Of a stretch of 31,782 nt of DNA, positions 1 through 6,842 are shown one piece after another. The notes beneath the pieces are model-generated. The model saw only the letters and a program-made list of their open reading frames with translations. It made no database searches and was not told the origin of the DNA. The DNA is taken from NCBI GenBank assembly GCA_046759445.1, contig JBHICG010000038.1, forward strand, positions 1 through 31,782. The letters are read 5' to 3'. The DNA comes from Candidatus Scalinduaceae bacterium (lineage in GTDB: Bacteria > Planctomycetota > Brocadiia > Brocadiales > Scalinduaceae). Position numbers and translations under genes: made by a program. Positions within the stretch are counted from its first letter, which is position 1. Each line of letters opens with the position of its first letter.

Positions 1-458
1 GTCGTTGCCCTGACAGAATGGCAAAAATCACAGATGACGCCTCCCTTTTCGTCGTCCAGGGGAAGATCCTTTTCACCCGAACTGTGGCCAATAGGATGGT
101 GGCAGCGTACACATGATTCTACGTTACGCTTTTGCCATTCCCCTTTGGCAGTCTTTTTACCTAAATTATAAAGGGCCTGGAAGAGAGGGTTTCTCCATGC
201 ATTGGCATGGGTGGAGCCACTCCACATTTTGAAGATTTCAGGATGACAGGCGCCACAAGAGATAGGGCTGAAAAACTGGCTTTTTTCTACATCGCCTGGT
301 ACCGTTATAGCTTCGTTTACGATATTTTCCGGCTTCTTTCCTGGAGGTAGTTTCCATGTGGGAGACCATTCACTGGGATCACTTGCAAAGGAAAACTTAG
401 TAGATATAATGAGCAAATAAAATGTGAAACATAATATAAGTCTAAAATAAAAATGCAT
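1..458 (-). CDS. Exported multiheme c-type cytochrome (cytochrome c554-like N-terminus); 5' part only, runs off the window
   Basis: Missing from the ORF track; hand translation from ATG at 458 (SD-like AAGAAAGGA upstream) gives MHFYFRLILCFTFYLLIISTKFSFA-SDPSEW... with a signal-peptide-like start and three heme motifs CGACH, CVRCH and CDFCH. Frame is open to position 1. Confidence 0.88.
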   Translation of the reverse strand, partial: MHFYFRLILCFTFYLLIISTKFSFASDPSEWSPTWKLPPGKKPENIVNEAITVPGDVEKSQFFSPISCGACHPEIFKMWSGSTHANAWRNPLFQALYNLGKKTAKGEWQKRNVESCVRCHHPIGHSSGEKDLPLDDEKGGVICDFCHSVRAT

Positions 459-537
459 AGATTTACGTCCTTTCTTAAAAATTTGTGCTTATTGGTTAAA
501 CTTGTTTCTTTATTAAAGTATTTATTTAATAAATATT

Positions 538-566
538 ATTAAACAACAATGATTACAGATTGTCAA
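538..566 (-). promoter_or_regulatory. Putative sigma70 promoter of the cytochrome gene
   Basis: Minus strand TTGACA (566-561), 17-nt spacer, TTTAAT (543-538), about 80 nt upstream of the ATG. Confidence 0.5.
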
Positions 567-693
567 CCTAAATTAATTTTTTGCACTATGTATGATATTG
601 TGAATTATTAGTTAAGAGTTGGTCTAATGAAGCTCAAATAGGTGAAAAGGGGAAGGAATAGTAAAATAAGATTCCAATTACTTACTCTACATG

Positions 694-730
694 GCGCCCT
701 TTTTTAAGATAGCAAGGGGGCGCATTTTTT
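694..730. terminator. GC-rich hairpin / possible intrinsic terminator next to the HDOD stop codon
   Basis: GCGCCCTTTT...AAGGGGGCGC followed by ATTTTTT on the + strand. Confidence 0.5.
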
Positions 731-731
731 A

Positions 732-1619
732 CTAAAAGAACAGACTTAAGGCATCAGTCTCCTTTTCCACATTTTCAGCAAGAACCTGTTGAAACCTGTT
801 AAGGTTAGACTCATTCCATTCAATTCCATACGATTTAGCCAGCTTGATAATATCAGGGTAAAGAGATTCGGCCTTAAAGGGATTATCCTCTTCATCTTCA
901 GCTTGTATCTTGTATATATGTGCAAACATATCAGCAATGTGTGTAACTAGTGGTAAAAGAGATTTTTTGTCTGTTTCCTGTGGGCGATGATGAAAACCAA
1001 CAGCCGTTAGTAGATTTTCAGGAAACATCCACTTTTTCAGAAGTCTCAATCCAACTTCATCATGGGTTATTCCAAAGATGTTTTTCTCCACCTCAAAGGC
1101 CATGAATTTTAGTTTCAAAGGGCTTACAATTTCAATCAACTTAAAAAATTCTATTGGCAAGGCAATGTATATGACCAGTTTCCCTATATCATGAATGAGA
1201 CCAGCCACAAAGAATTCATTACTTGCATTTTTCAAATCGGTCGCAATAATCTTTGCTGCAAGACCACAAACAAATGAATGTTTCCAGAATTTCCCGATAT
1301 CAAATTTTGCATTTTTTTCAATATTCTTAAAACTATCAAATACGACTGTGGATATAACCAGGTTTCTCACCTCCTTAAAACCCAAAACCATTATAGCGTG
1401 TTGCAGTGAGTCTACATTCCTTGAAAGTCCATAAAATGGTGAATTGGCTATTTTAAGTATCTTTGTGGTAAGGGATACGTCAGGATTGATAACATTCATA
1501 AGATCATTTGCCGAACTGTCCTTGTCGGCAGTAATTTCCAGAACCCTGAACGCCACGGTTGGCAATGTGGGAATGGAATCCATTTTAGCGGTGAGAGTGG
1601 AAATTGTATTAGAACTCAA
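732..1619 (-). CDS. HDOD domain protein
   Basis: IPTLP...DVSLTTKILKIANSPFYG...AIMVLG...FWKHS...AGLIHDIGK...FHH motifs; TTG start with GGAGG SD. Confidence 0.92.
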   Translation of the reverse strand: MSSNTISTLTAKMDSIPTLPTVAFRVLEITADKDSSANDLMNVINPDVSLTTKILKIANSPFYGLSRNVDSLQHAIMVLGFKEVRNLVISTVVFDSFKNIEKNAKFDIGKFWKHSFVCGLAAKIIATDLKNASNEFFVAGLIHDIGKLVIYIALPIEFFKLIEIVSPLKLKFMAFEVEKNIFGITHDEVGLRLLKKWMFPENLLTAVGFHHRPQETDKKSLLPLVTHIADMFAHIYKIQAEDEEDNPFKAESLYPDIIKLAKSYGIEWNESNLNRFQQVLAENVEKETDALSLFF

Positions 1620-1667
1620 ATTAAGTTATCCTCCTTTTTTATAAGTGTGTGTCTAAGTACTACGGAT

Positions 1668-3302
1668 TCAGGATTTAACTTTTACCATGATCCCCCGCAC
1701 TTTTTCATTTGCCTTTGTTAAAACTTCTTCAGATACGTTAAGTAGTCCCTTTTTCCCAATGATTTCAAGAAACAGAGAAACCAGCATGGGATCGAACCGT
1801 TTTCCAGCATTATCAGCAAGTTTTTCAATTATATTTTCAGCAGGAAGGTTTTTCTTAAAAGATTGTTCAGATAACATATTGACGATTGCATCGGCTATTG
1901 CGAATAGTCTTGCACCGAGAGGAATTTCATTAGCCTTAAGCCCTTCAGGATAGCCAGAACCATCAAAATTTTCATGATGGTATAGAAGCACCGATCTTTC
2001 ATTGCCAAAAAAGTCGAACAATTCGGTCAGTTCTGCCATCATATATGGATGGTCTTCAATCTCGACCCTTTCGCTGGTATTCAGTGCTTTACTTTTACTT
2101 TTCAACGTTTTTTTCAACAATGTTTTGAAGTTGTCGTGAAGAGATGCTGCGCGTTTAAAGGTGTCAACAATAGAAGGGGGAAGATTAAGCCTTTCTCCTA
2201 TGAGTTTAATGTATTGCTTAACTTGCTGGTTGTGTTTCTGGTATTCAGAGGTACTTATATCCCGCACTAATAGTCCCAAAGATTCCATAGATGCCTTTTT
2301 TGTTTTTTCCAAAATAGATGAGAGGTTTTCCTTTAGGTATCTGATATCTTTGTCTTCACTTATTTCACCATCTACAGACTGCCATGAAGTGCCATCCATG
2401 TAAACCTTGACCCTGTTTCTTCCCTCTGCCTTGGCACAATAAAGGGCCTTGTCTGCAAATGCTACAAGCTCTTTACTTTTTGACGGTTGATGAAGTTTCA
2501 CGGATGCCACACCTATACTCACGGTTGCAGTTGTTGAACTGGTTCCATCGTCATACGTTTTTGTCTCACAGGTAGAGCGAATTTTTTCTGCTAGACTCCG
2601 TGCCCCGTCTAAGCCAGTGTTTGGAAGAAGTATCATAAATTCTTCCCCACCATATCGAAAGGGAATATCCGTCTTTCTCGCGTTCTTCTTTAAACGGGCA
2701 GAAAAATCAAACAAAACAAAATCACCAAAGGCATGTCCAAAGGTATCGTTTATTTCTTTAAAATAATCTATATCAAGCAGAAGGCAGGACAAATCGGTTT
2801 GATATCTCTGGGCACTGGAAAACTCCTTTTCAAGGATTTCTGCCATATGATGACGATTATACAAACTGGTCAGCTCGTCATAGATTGCCTGTTTCTGCAT
2901 GACATTGTGTGCACATAAAAGCTTTTCATTCAATTCAATAATACGCCTTCCAGCTTTCAGTCGTGCCTTGAGTTCCATTTGATTGAATGGTTTGGTGATA
3001 TAGTCGTCCGCCCCTGCCTCCATTCCCTGGATAATATCCTCCTGTTCGCTTTTAGAGGTAAGTAACAAGATAAATGTATATGGTTCTCTGGCCAGTTTTC
3101 TAACCTTGCGGCATATCTCCACACCATCCATACCTGGCATCATCCAATCTAGGATTAGAAGATTCGGTGAATTTTCAGACTGAATGACCCGCCAGGCTTC
3201 GAGGCCATCCTTGCACGATATAACCTCATAATCCATGCTTTCTAAAAACTTTTCCAATCTGCGCCGTGAGATATTTTCGTCTTCGGCAATCAATACTTTC
3301 AT
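1668..3302 (-). CDS. Response regulator with diguanylate cyclase (GGEEF) and C-terminal HD-GYP-like domain
   Basis: REC (AEDE, LDWMMP, ITKP); GGDEF domain (DELTSLYNR, DIDYFKEINDTFGH, RKTD I-site, RYGGEEF); HD-GYP part (SLHD, HHENFDGSGYP). Confidence 0.92.
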   Translation of the reverse strand: MKVLIAEDENISRRRLEKFLESMDYEVISCKDGLEAWRVIQSENSPNLLILDWMMPGMDGVEICRKVRKLAREPYTFILLLTSKSEQEDIIQGMEAGADDYITKPFNQMELKARLKAGRRIIELNEKLLCAHNVMQKQAIYDELTSLYNRHHMAEILEKEFSSAQRYQTDLSCLLLDIDYFKEINDTFGHAFGDFVLFDFSARLKKNARKTDIPFRYGGEEFMILLPNTGLDGARSLAEKIRSTCETKTYDDGTSSTTATVSIGVASVKLHQPSKSKELVAFADKALYCAKAEGRNRVKVYMDGTSWQSVDGEISEDKDIRYLKENLSSILEKTKKASMESLGLLVRDISTSEYQKHNQQVKQYIKLIGERLNLPPSIVDTFKRAASLHDNFKTLLKKTLKSKSKALNTSERVEIEDHPYMMAELTELFDFFGNERSVLLYHHENFDGSGYPEGLKANEIPLGARLFAIADAIVNMLSEQSFKKNLPAENIIEKLADNAGKRFDPMLVSLFLEIIGKKGLLNVSEEVLTKANEKVRGIMVKVKS

Positions 3303-3431
3303 ATTTACAATTCTTTTTTAATTAGAAAACCATGAAAACAAGAAATTAATCTTGAATTACCCTTTTTATCTCCAAGGTAACCTTTGCAAAATTTAATAAA
3401 AATCCGTGTTTCTTACCCACTGATTATTAGA

Positions 3432-3833
3432 TTAATTATTGGGTTTAATAAATTCCCTTAACGCATTCACCAGACGTTCTACTTCCCTCACCAAAATTCC
3501 ATAAATTTCTTCAACATCGTCCAGTCTGCTTTGTTCACTCATCATTTCCAACTTCAAGGCTGTTTTAAATACTGGCTTTTTCCCAAAATAAGCAACTGCC
3601 CCCTTCAGTTTATGGGCTGATTTCTCCAGAGCTTTGAGATTACGGCTACTAACGGCCTCTTTTATATTAGACATAAGTTCAGGAGAGTCATTAATAAACA
3701 TTTCTGCCAGTTCTTTCAGAAATTCCTCGTCGTCCTCGATTATTTTGAGTGCTTCGTCCTTGTCAAAGACCGTCTTGCTCTCTTGTACCTTTTCTTCATT
3801 GTAATTAACGATATCGTTTGAATTTGTTTTCAT
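3432..3833 (-). CDS. Stand-alone Hpt phosphotransfer protein
   Basis: SAHKLKGAVAYFG motif in a 133-aa helical protein. Confidence 0.9.
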   Translation of the reverse strand: MKTNSNDIVNYNEEKVQESKTVFDKDEALKIIEDDEEFLKELAEMFINDSPELMSNIKEAVSSRNLKALEKSAHKLKGAVAYFGKKPVFKTALKLEMMSEQSRLDDVEEIYGILVREVERLVNALREFIKPNN

Positions 3834-3884
3834 TCTAAAAACTCCTTATATATTCGAGATACTTTTATTTTCCTTATAATCTAG

Positions 3885-4460
3885 CTAAACACGCAGCTTG
3901 CCTAACCGAGAAATAAGCTTGTTGCGAATGCCTTTTGGTGATAGGACATAATCTACGTTCCCCGTATCAATGGCAGCTTTAGGCATTCCCCAGATTACGC
4001 TGGTTTTCTCATCCTGTGCAAACGTAGTCCCACCGATTGATTTAATATAGCTTATTCCTTCAGCCCCATCTCTTCCCATACCGGTCATGATCATACCGTT
4101 GATGTTGATTTCTGGAGTTCTTCTAATTGATTTCATCGTTACGTCCACAGAGGGGCGAACGTAACACACCTTTGGACTGTTAGTTAATCGGATTTTCCGA
4201 TTGTTTACGAGTTCCAGATGAATCTCACTTGGAGCAATGTAAACCGTTCCAGTTTCCAGGTGTTCTCCGTGGTTGGCAATTCTCACGTCCATTTCAGTTA
4301 AACTGTCTAATGTATTTCTTATCGATTTGTTCACAAACCTGGGCATGTGTTGGACCAGTACAATACTTGCATCCAGAAGTGGTAGCCCCTCAAAGAATTT
4401 TCTCAAGATTTTGGGACCTCCCGTTGATATACCTATGATGACGATGTTTTGCTTTATCAT
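3885..4460 (-). CDS. cheB: CheB-type methylesterase, catalytic domain only (no receiver domain)
   Basis: GISTGGP, VQHMP, RPSVD, TGMGRDGAEG, AQDEKTSVIWGMP; only 191 aa. Confidence 0.88.
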   Translation of the reverse strand: MIKQNIVIIGISTGGPKILRKFFEGLPLLDASIVLVQHMPRFVNKSIRNTLDSLTEMDVRIANHGEHLETGTVYIAPSEIHLELVNNRKIRLTNSPKVCYVRPSVDVTMKSIRRTPEININGMIMTGMGRDGAEGISYIKSIGGTTFAQDEKTSVIWGMPKAAIDTGNVDYVLSPKGIRNKLISRLGKLRV

Positions 4461-4506
4461 TGTTATGATGCTCTATATTTATGTTTAGGAATTGCAAAGT
4501 ATCTTG

Positions 4507-4579
4507 GTAGGAGCCAACTCCTGTTGGCGACAGGGGCTTGTAAGCCGTTGTGGGGTCGCCGTCTGGAAACGGCTCCTAC
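4507..4579. repeat. Inverted doublet of GTAG-family REP sequences (REPIN-like)
   Basis: GTAGGAGCCAACTCCTGTTGGCGA (4507-4530, +) and GTAGGAGCCGTTTCCAGACGGCGA (4579-4556, -). Confidence 0.8.
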
Positions 4580-4602
4580 CGTGTATACATATTAAAGTTG
4601 TC

Positions 4603-4633
4603 GTTGGGTTTTTGTTTTTTAAAACCCAACCTA
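4603..4633 (-). repeat. Degenerate GTAG-type REP
   Basis: Minus strand TAGGTTGGGTTTT...AAAACCCAAC palindrome. Confidence 0.55.
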
Positions 4634-4660
4634 ATTTCATTTCACGTATGCAATGGATTT

Positions 4661-5035
4661 TCATTGCACGTATCCAATATACTCTGCCACCGTTTCTAAT
4701 AGTTCCTCAGAAGTGAAGGGCTTTCTCACGTAGTCTATCACACATTCAGTCAGCTTTTCCATTTTTGGGCCCGGAGCATTTACCGCCGTGAGCATGCAGA
4801 TGACATTTCCGCCGTGCAGTCCTTCATCCTCAATCGCCGCAATTGTATCCCATCCATCCATTTCTGGCATCATAATATCCATGAGAATCAAACCCCTGAA
4901 ACCATTTCTCAGTTTGTCCAGACATTCCATTCCGCTCTCGACGGCACAGATTGAATATCCACCGGCACCAAGGACAATCTTCACTGTTTCCCTGATAGAT
5001 GGATCATCATCCACTATCATTACTTTCTTGTTCAT
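4661..5035 (-). CDS. Single-domain response regulator (REC only)
   Basis: MIVDDD, ILMDIMMPEMDG, LTA and VRKP motifs; 124 aa. Confidence 0.92.
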   Translation of the reverse strand: MNKKVMIVDDDPSIRETVKIVLGAGGYSICAVESGMECLDKLRNGFRGLILMDIMMPEMDGWDTIAAIEDEGLHGGNVICMLTAVNAPGPKMEKLTECVIDYVRKPFTSEELLETVAEYIGYVQ

Positions 5036-5088
5036 TTTTCACACTCCTTTTTAGCGAAAGCATGTTTTTATGTTCGGCAAAAATAATT

Positions 5089-5173
5089 GGTGGATTCGGC
5101 CTACCGGCCTTAATCCACCCTACATCTTACATTTATCACCATGTAGGGTGGGTTAAGCTACAGCGAACCCACC
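5089..5173. repeat. Back-to-back pair of GTAGGGTGG REP sequences
   Basis: GTAGGGTGGATTAAGGCCGGTAGGCCGAATCCACC (5123-5089, -) and GTAGGGTGGGTTAAGCTACAGCGAACCCACC (5143-5173, +). Confidence 0.8.
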
Positions 5174-5183
5174 ATTACCTCTT

Positions 5184-6314
5184 TTAGTTTGTATTACATA
5201 GTGGAATCGCAAAATTCATCGTTGTTCCCTGCCCGGGTCCTGGACTTTCTGCCCAGATAGCCCCTTCATGCTTTTCGATTATTCGTCGGCAGATAGCAAG
5301 ACCCAACCCCGTAGAGGAACGGTCATTCCGAGAATCATCCACCTTGTAGAATTCTTCAAATATATGCCTAAGCTGTTCCTCGGTCATCCCCACACCTGTG
5401 TCTTCAATGGATATCCTTATATTGCCATCACTACAGAACCCTTCAAACGTTACAAATCCTCCACTATTTGTGTATTTAACGGCATTGCTGATGAGGTTAT
5501 GAAGTAATTCCTTGATCAATACCCTATCTACCTCAAGCACAAGGGGAGAGACAATATTGTTTACGACTGTAATACCACCCTCTTCGAATACGGATGAAAG
5601 ACTGGCAATGATGTTCCGAATTTCGCTTAGGAGATCTATTCTTTCATAATTCAATTGCACACTCGGTGCATTCAACCTTGCAAGCTGTAATGTCATTTCA
5701 GTCAGATTTTTCATATAGCCTACATTTTCCATAACCAGGCTCAGCATCCTCTTGGACTCTGGGTCATTAGTTTTGCTCTCTACCATAGGTAAAAGAGCCA
5801 CAAGTGGTGTCAGTGGCGTCTTTAGGTCATGACTGAGCTGGTTTACGAACGCATCCTTTTGTCGAAGAAGTTTTTTGATCTCGGCCGTCCGTTGTTCCAC
5901 CCGCTCTTCCAACTCCAGGTTGAGTTTTGCTAACTGATCCTGAAGTTGCTTAGTGCGTAAGGCAGCCCGAACGCGGGCTCGTAATTCAAAAGCGTCAAAA
6001 GGTTTTGTAACGTAATCCACAGCCCCCAGATCCAGCCCTCTAACACGACTTTTATTATCGTCCCAGGCGGTCAGGAAAATTATGGGAATCGTACAAAGCT
6101 CAATATCATCCTTAAGGATTCGGCAGACCTCGAAGCCGGACATATCAGGCATGTCCACATCCAAAAGGATTAAATCCGGCTTGCTTTGTCGAGCCACCTC
6201 CAGGGTGTTTTTTCCACCCTCTACGCAGATTACGTTAAGCTTTTCCTTCGCCAGACGGGCCTTGGCGATGGCTGAGGCCTTCGGATTATCATCAACAATT
6301 AGAACCTTCATCAT
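5184..6314 (-). CDS. Cytoplasmic hybrid histidine kinase (REC-HisKA-HATPase)
   Basis: REC (VDDN, LLDVDMP, VTKP); H-box LSHDLKTPL; N-box NLISNAVKY; G boxes DTGVG and TGLGLAI. Confidence 0.93.
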   Translation of the reverse strand: MMKVLIVDDNPKASAIAKARLAKEKLNVICVEGGKNTLEVARQSKPDLILLDVDMPDMSGFEVCRILKDDIELCTIPIIFLTAWDDNKSRVRGLDLGAVDYVTKPFDAFELRARVRAALRTKQLQDQLAKLNLELEERVEQRTAEIKKLLRQKDAFVNQLSHDLKTPLTPLVALLPMVESKTNDPESKRMLSLVMENVGYMKNLTEMTLQLARLNAPSVQLNYERIDLLSEIRNIIASLSSVFEEGGITVVNNIVSPLVLEVDRVLIKELLHNLISNAVKYTNSGGFVTFEGFCSDGNIRISIEDTGVGMTEEQLRHIFEEFYKVDDSRNDRSSTGLGLAICRRIIEKHEGAIWAESPGPGQGTTMNFAIPLCNTN

Positions 6315-6381
6315 ATCTTATCTCCAACGTTTATGCGCATGTGTCTATCCATGACTGCAATGCAAATGCCTACCTGTCCAA

Positions 6382-6410
6382 TTGCAGATTTCGGAATTCG
6401 AATTTCAGAT
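6382..6410. repeat. Heptamer repeat array downstream of the four-helix-bundle pseudogene
   Basis: + strand TTGCAGAT TTCGGAA TTCGAAT TTCAGAT. Confidence 0.6.
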
Positions 6411-6411
6411 T

Positions 6412-6766
6412 TTATTTAGTTTTCTTAGCTGTTTTGATAGATGCAACCGTAATAGCCAAAAGTTAATTAGCCCCTTTCATCAAGGGTTCCAGTTTCTTAG
6501 ATTCCATAATTTTTGCCTCAATCAGGAGTTACATCCAGTAAAGGGGTTCGTCCGTTTCTTCCTCCACAATTCCCATCTTGTAAACAAAATCAGCGGTCGA
6601 TTTAGCTCGACATGCAGCCCGATAATTTGCCCCTACTGAAGTGCCTGAACGCAACAATTGTTTACCAAGCACAATCTTCTGTTCTCCCTTTAGGTAATGA
6701 TTCAACCAAGCGAATAACACGAAGCGCAAACTGCCTTGTCCTATGTTTCATATCATTCTTATTCAT
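6412..6766 (-). pseudogene. Four-helix-bundle protein (TIGR02436 / '23S rRNA IVS protein'-like) pseudogene
   Basis: Reconstructed MNKNDMKHRTRQFALRVIRLVESLPKGRTED / one extra base near 6673 / VLGKQLLRSGTSVGANYRAACRAKSTADFVYKMGIVEEETDEPLYWM*LLIEAKIMESKKLEPLMKGAN*LLAITVASIKTAKKTK*. The family motif QLLRSGTSVGANY is clear; there is one frameshift and two in-frame TAA codons. Confidence 0.88.
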
Positions 6767-6777
6767 CTATTATTCCA

Positions 6778-6800
6778 TTTCAGAATTCAGATTTCAGTTT
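6778..6800. repeat. Heptamer repeat array upstream of the four-helix-bundle pseudogene
   Basis: + strand TTCAGAA TTCAGAT TTCAGTT. Confidence 0.6.
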
Positions 6801-6803
6801 GAA

Positions 6804-6837
6804 GGTGGATTCGTCCTTTGTCCTTAATCCACCCTAC
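6804..6837 (-). repeat. GTAGGGTGG REP sequence
   Basis: Minus strand GTAGGGTGGATTAAGGACAAAGGACGAATCCACC; same stem as the copy at 5089-5123. Confidence 0.8.
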
Positions 6838-6842
6838 TTATG

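Noticed and set aside
3325..3415. AACCATGAAAACAAGAAA and AATCCGTGTTTC fragments resembling repeat arms
   Set aside because: Too short and degenerate, and the two arms do not pair.
6450..6535. Two TAA codons at expected Glu positions as evidence of stop-codon recoding
   Set aside because: Many intact genes here end in TAA and the same gene also has a frameshift, so decay is the simpler explanation.
6412..6766. Four-helix-bundle gene as the Avd of a diversity-generating retroelement, or as a 23S rRNA intervening sequence
   Set aside because: No reverse transcriptase, TR/VR pair or rRNA sequence in the window.
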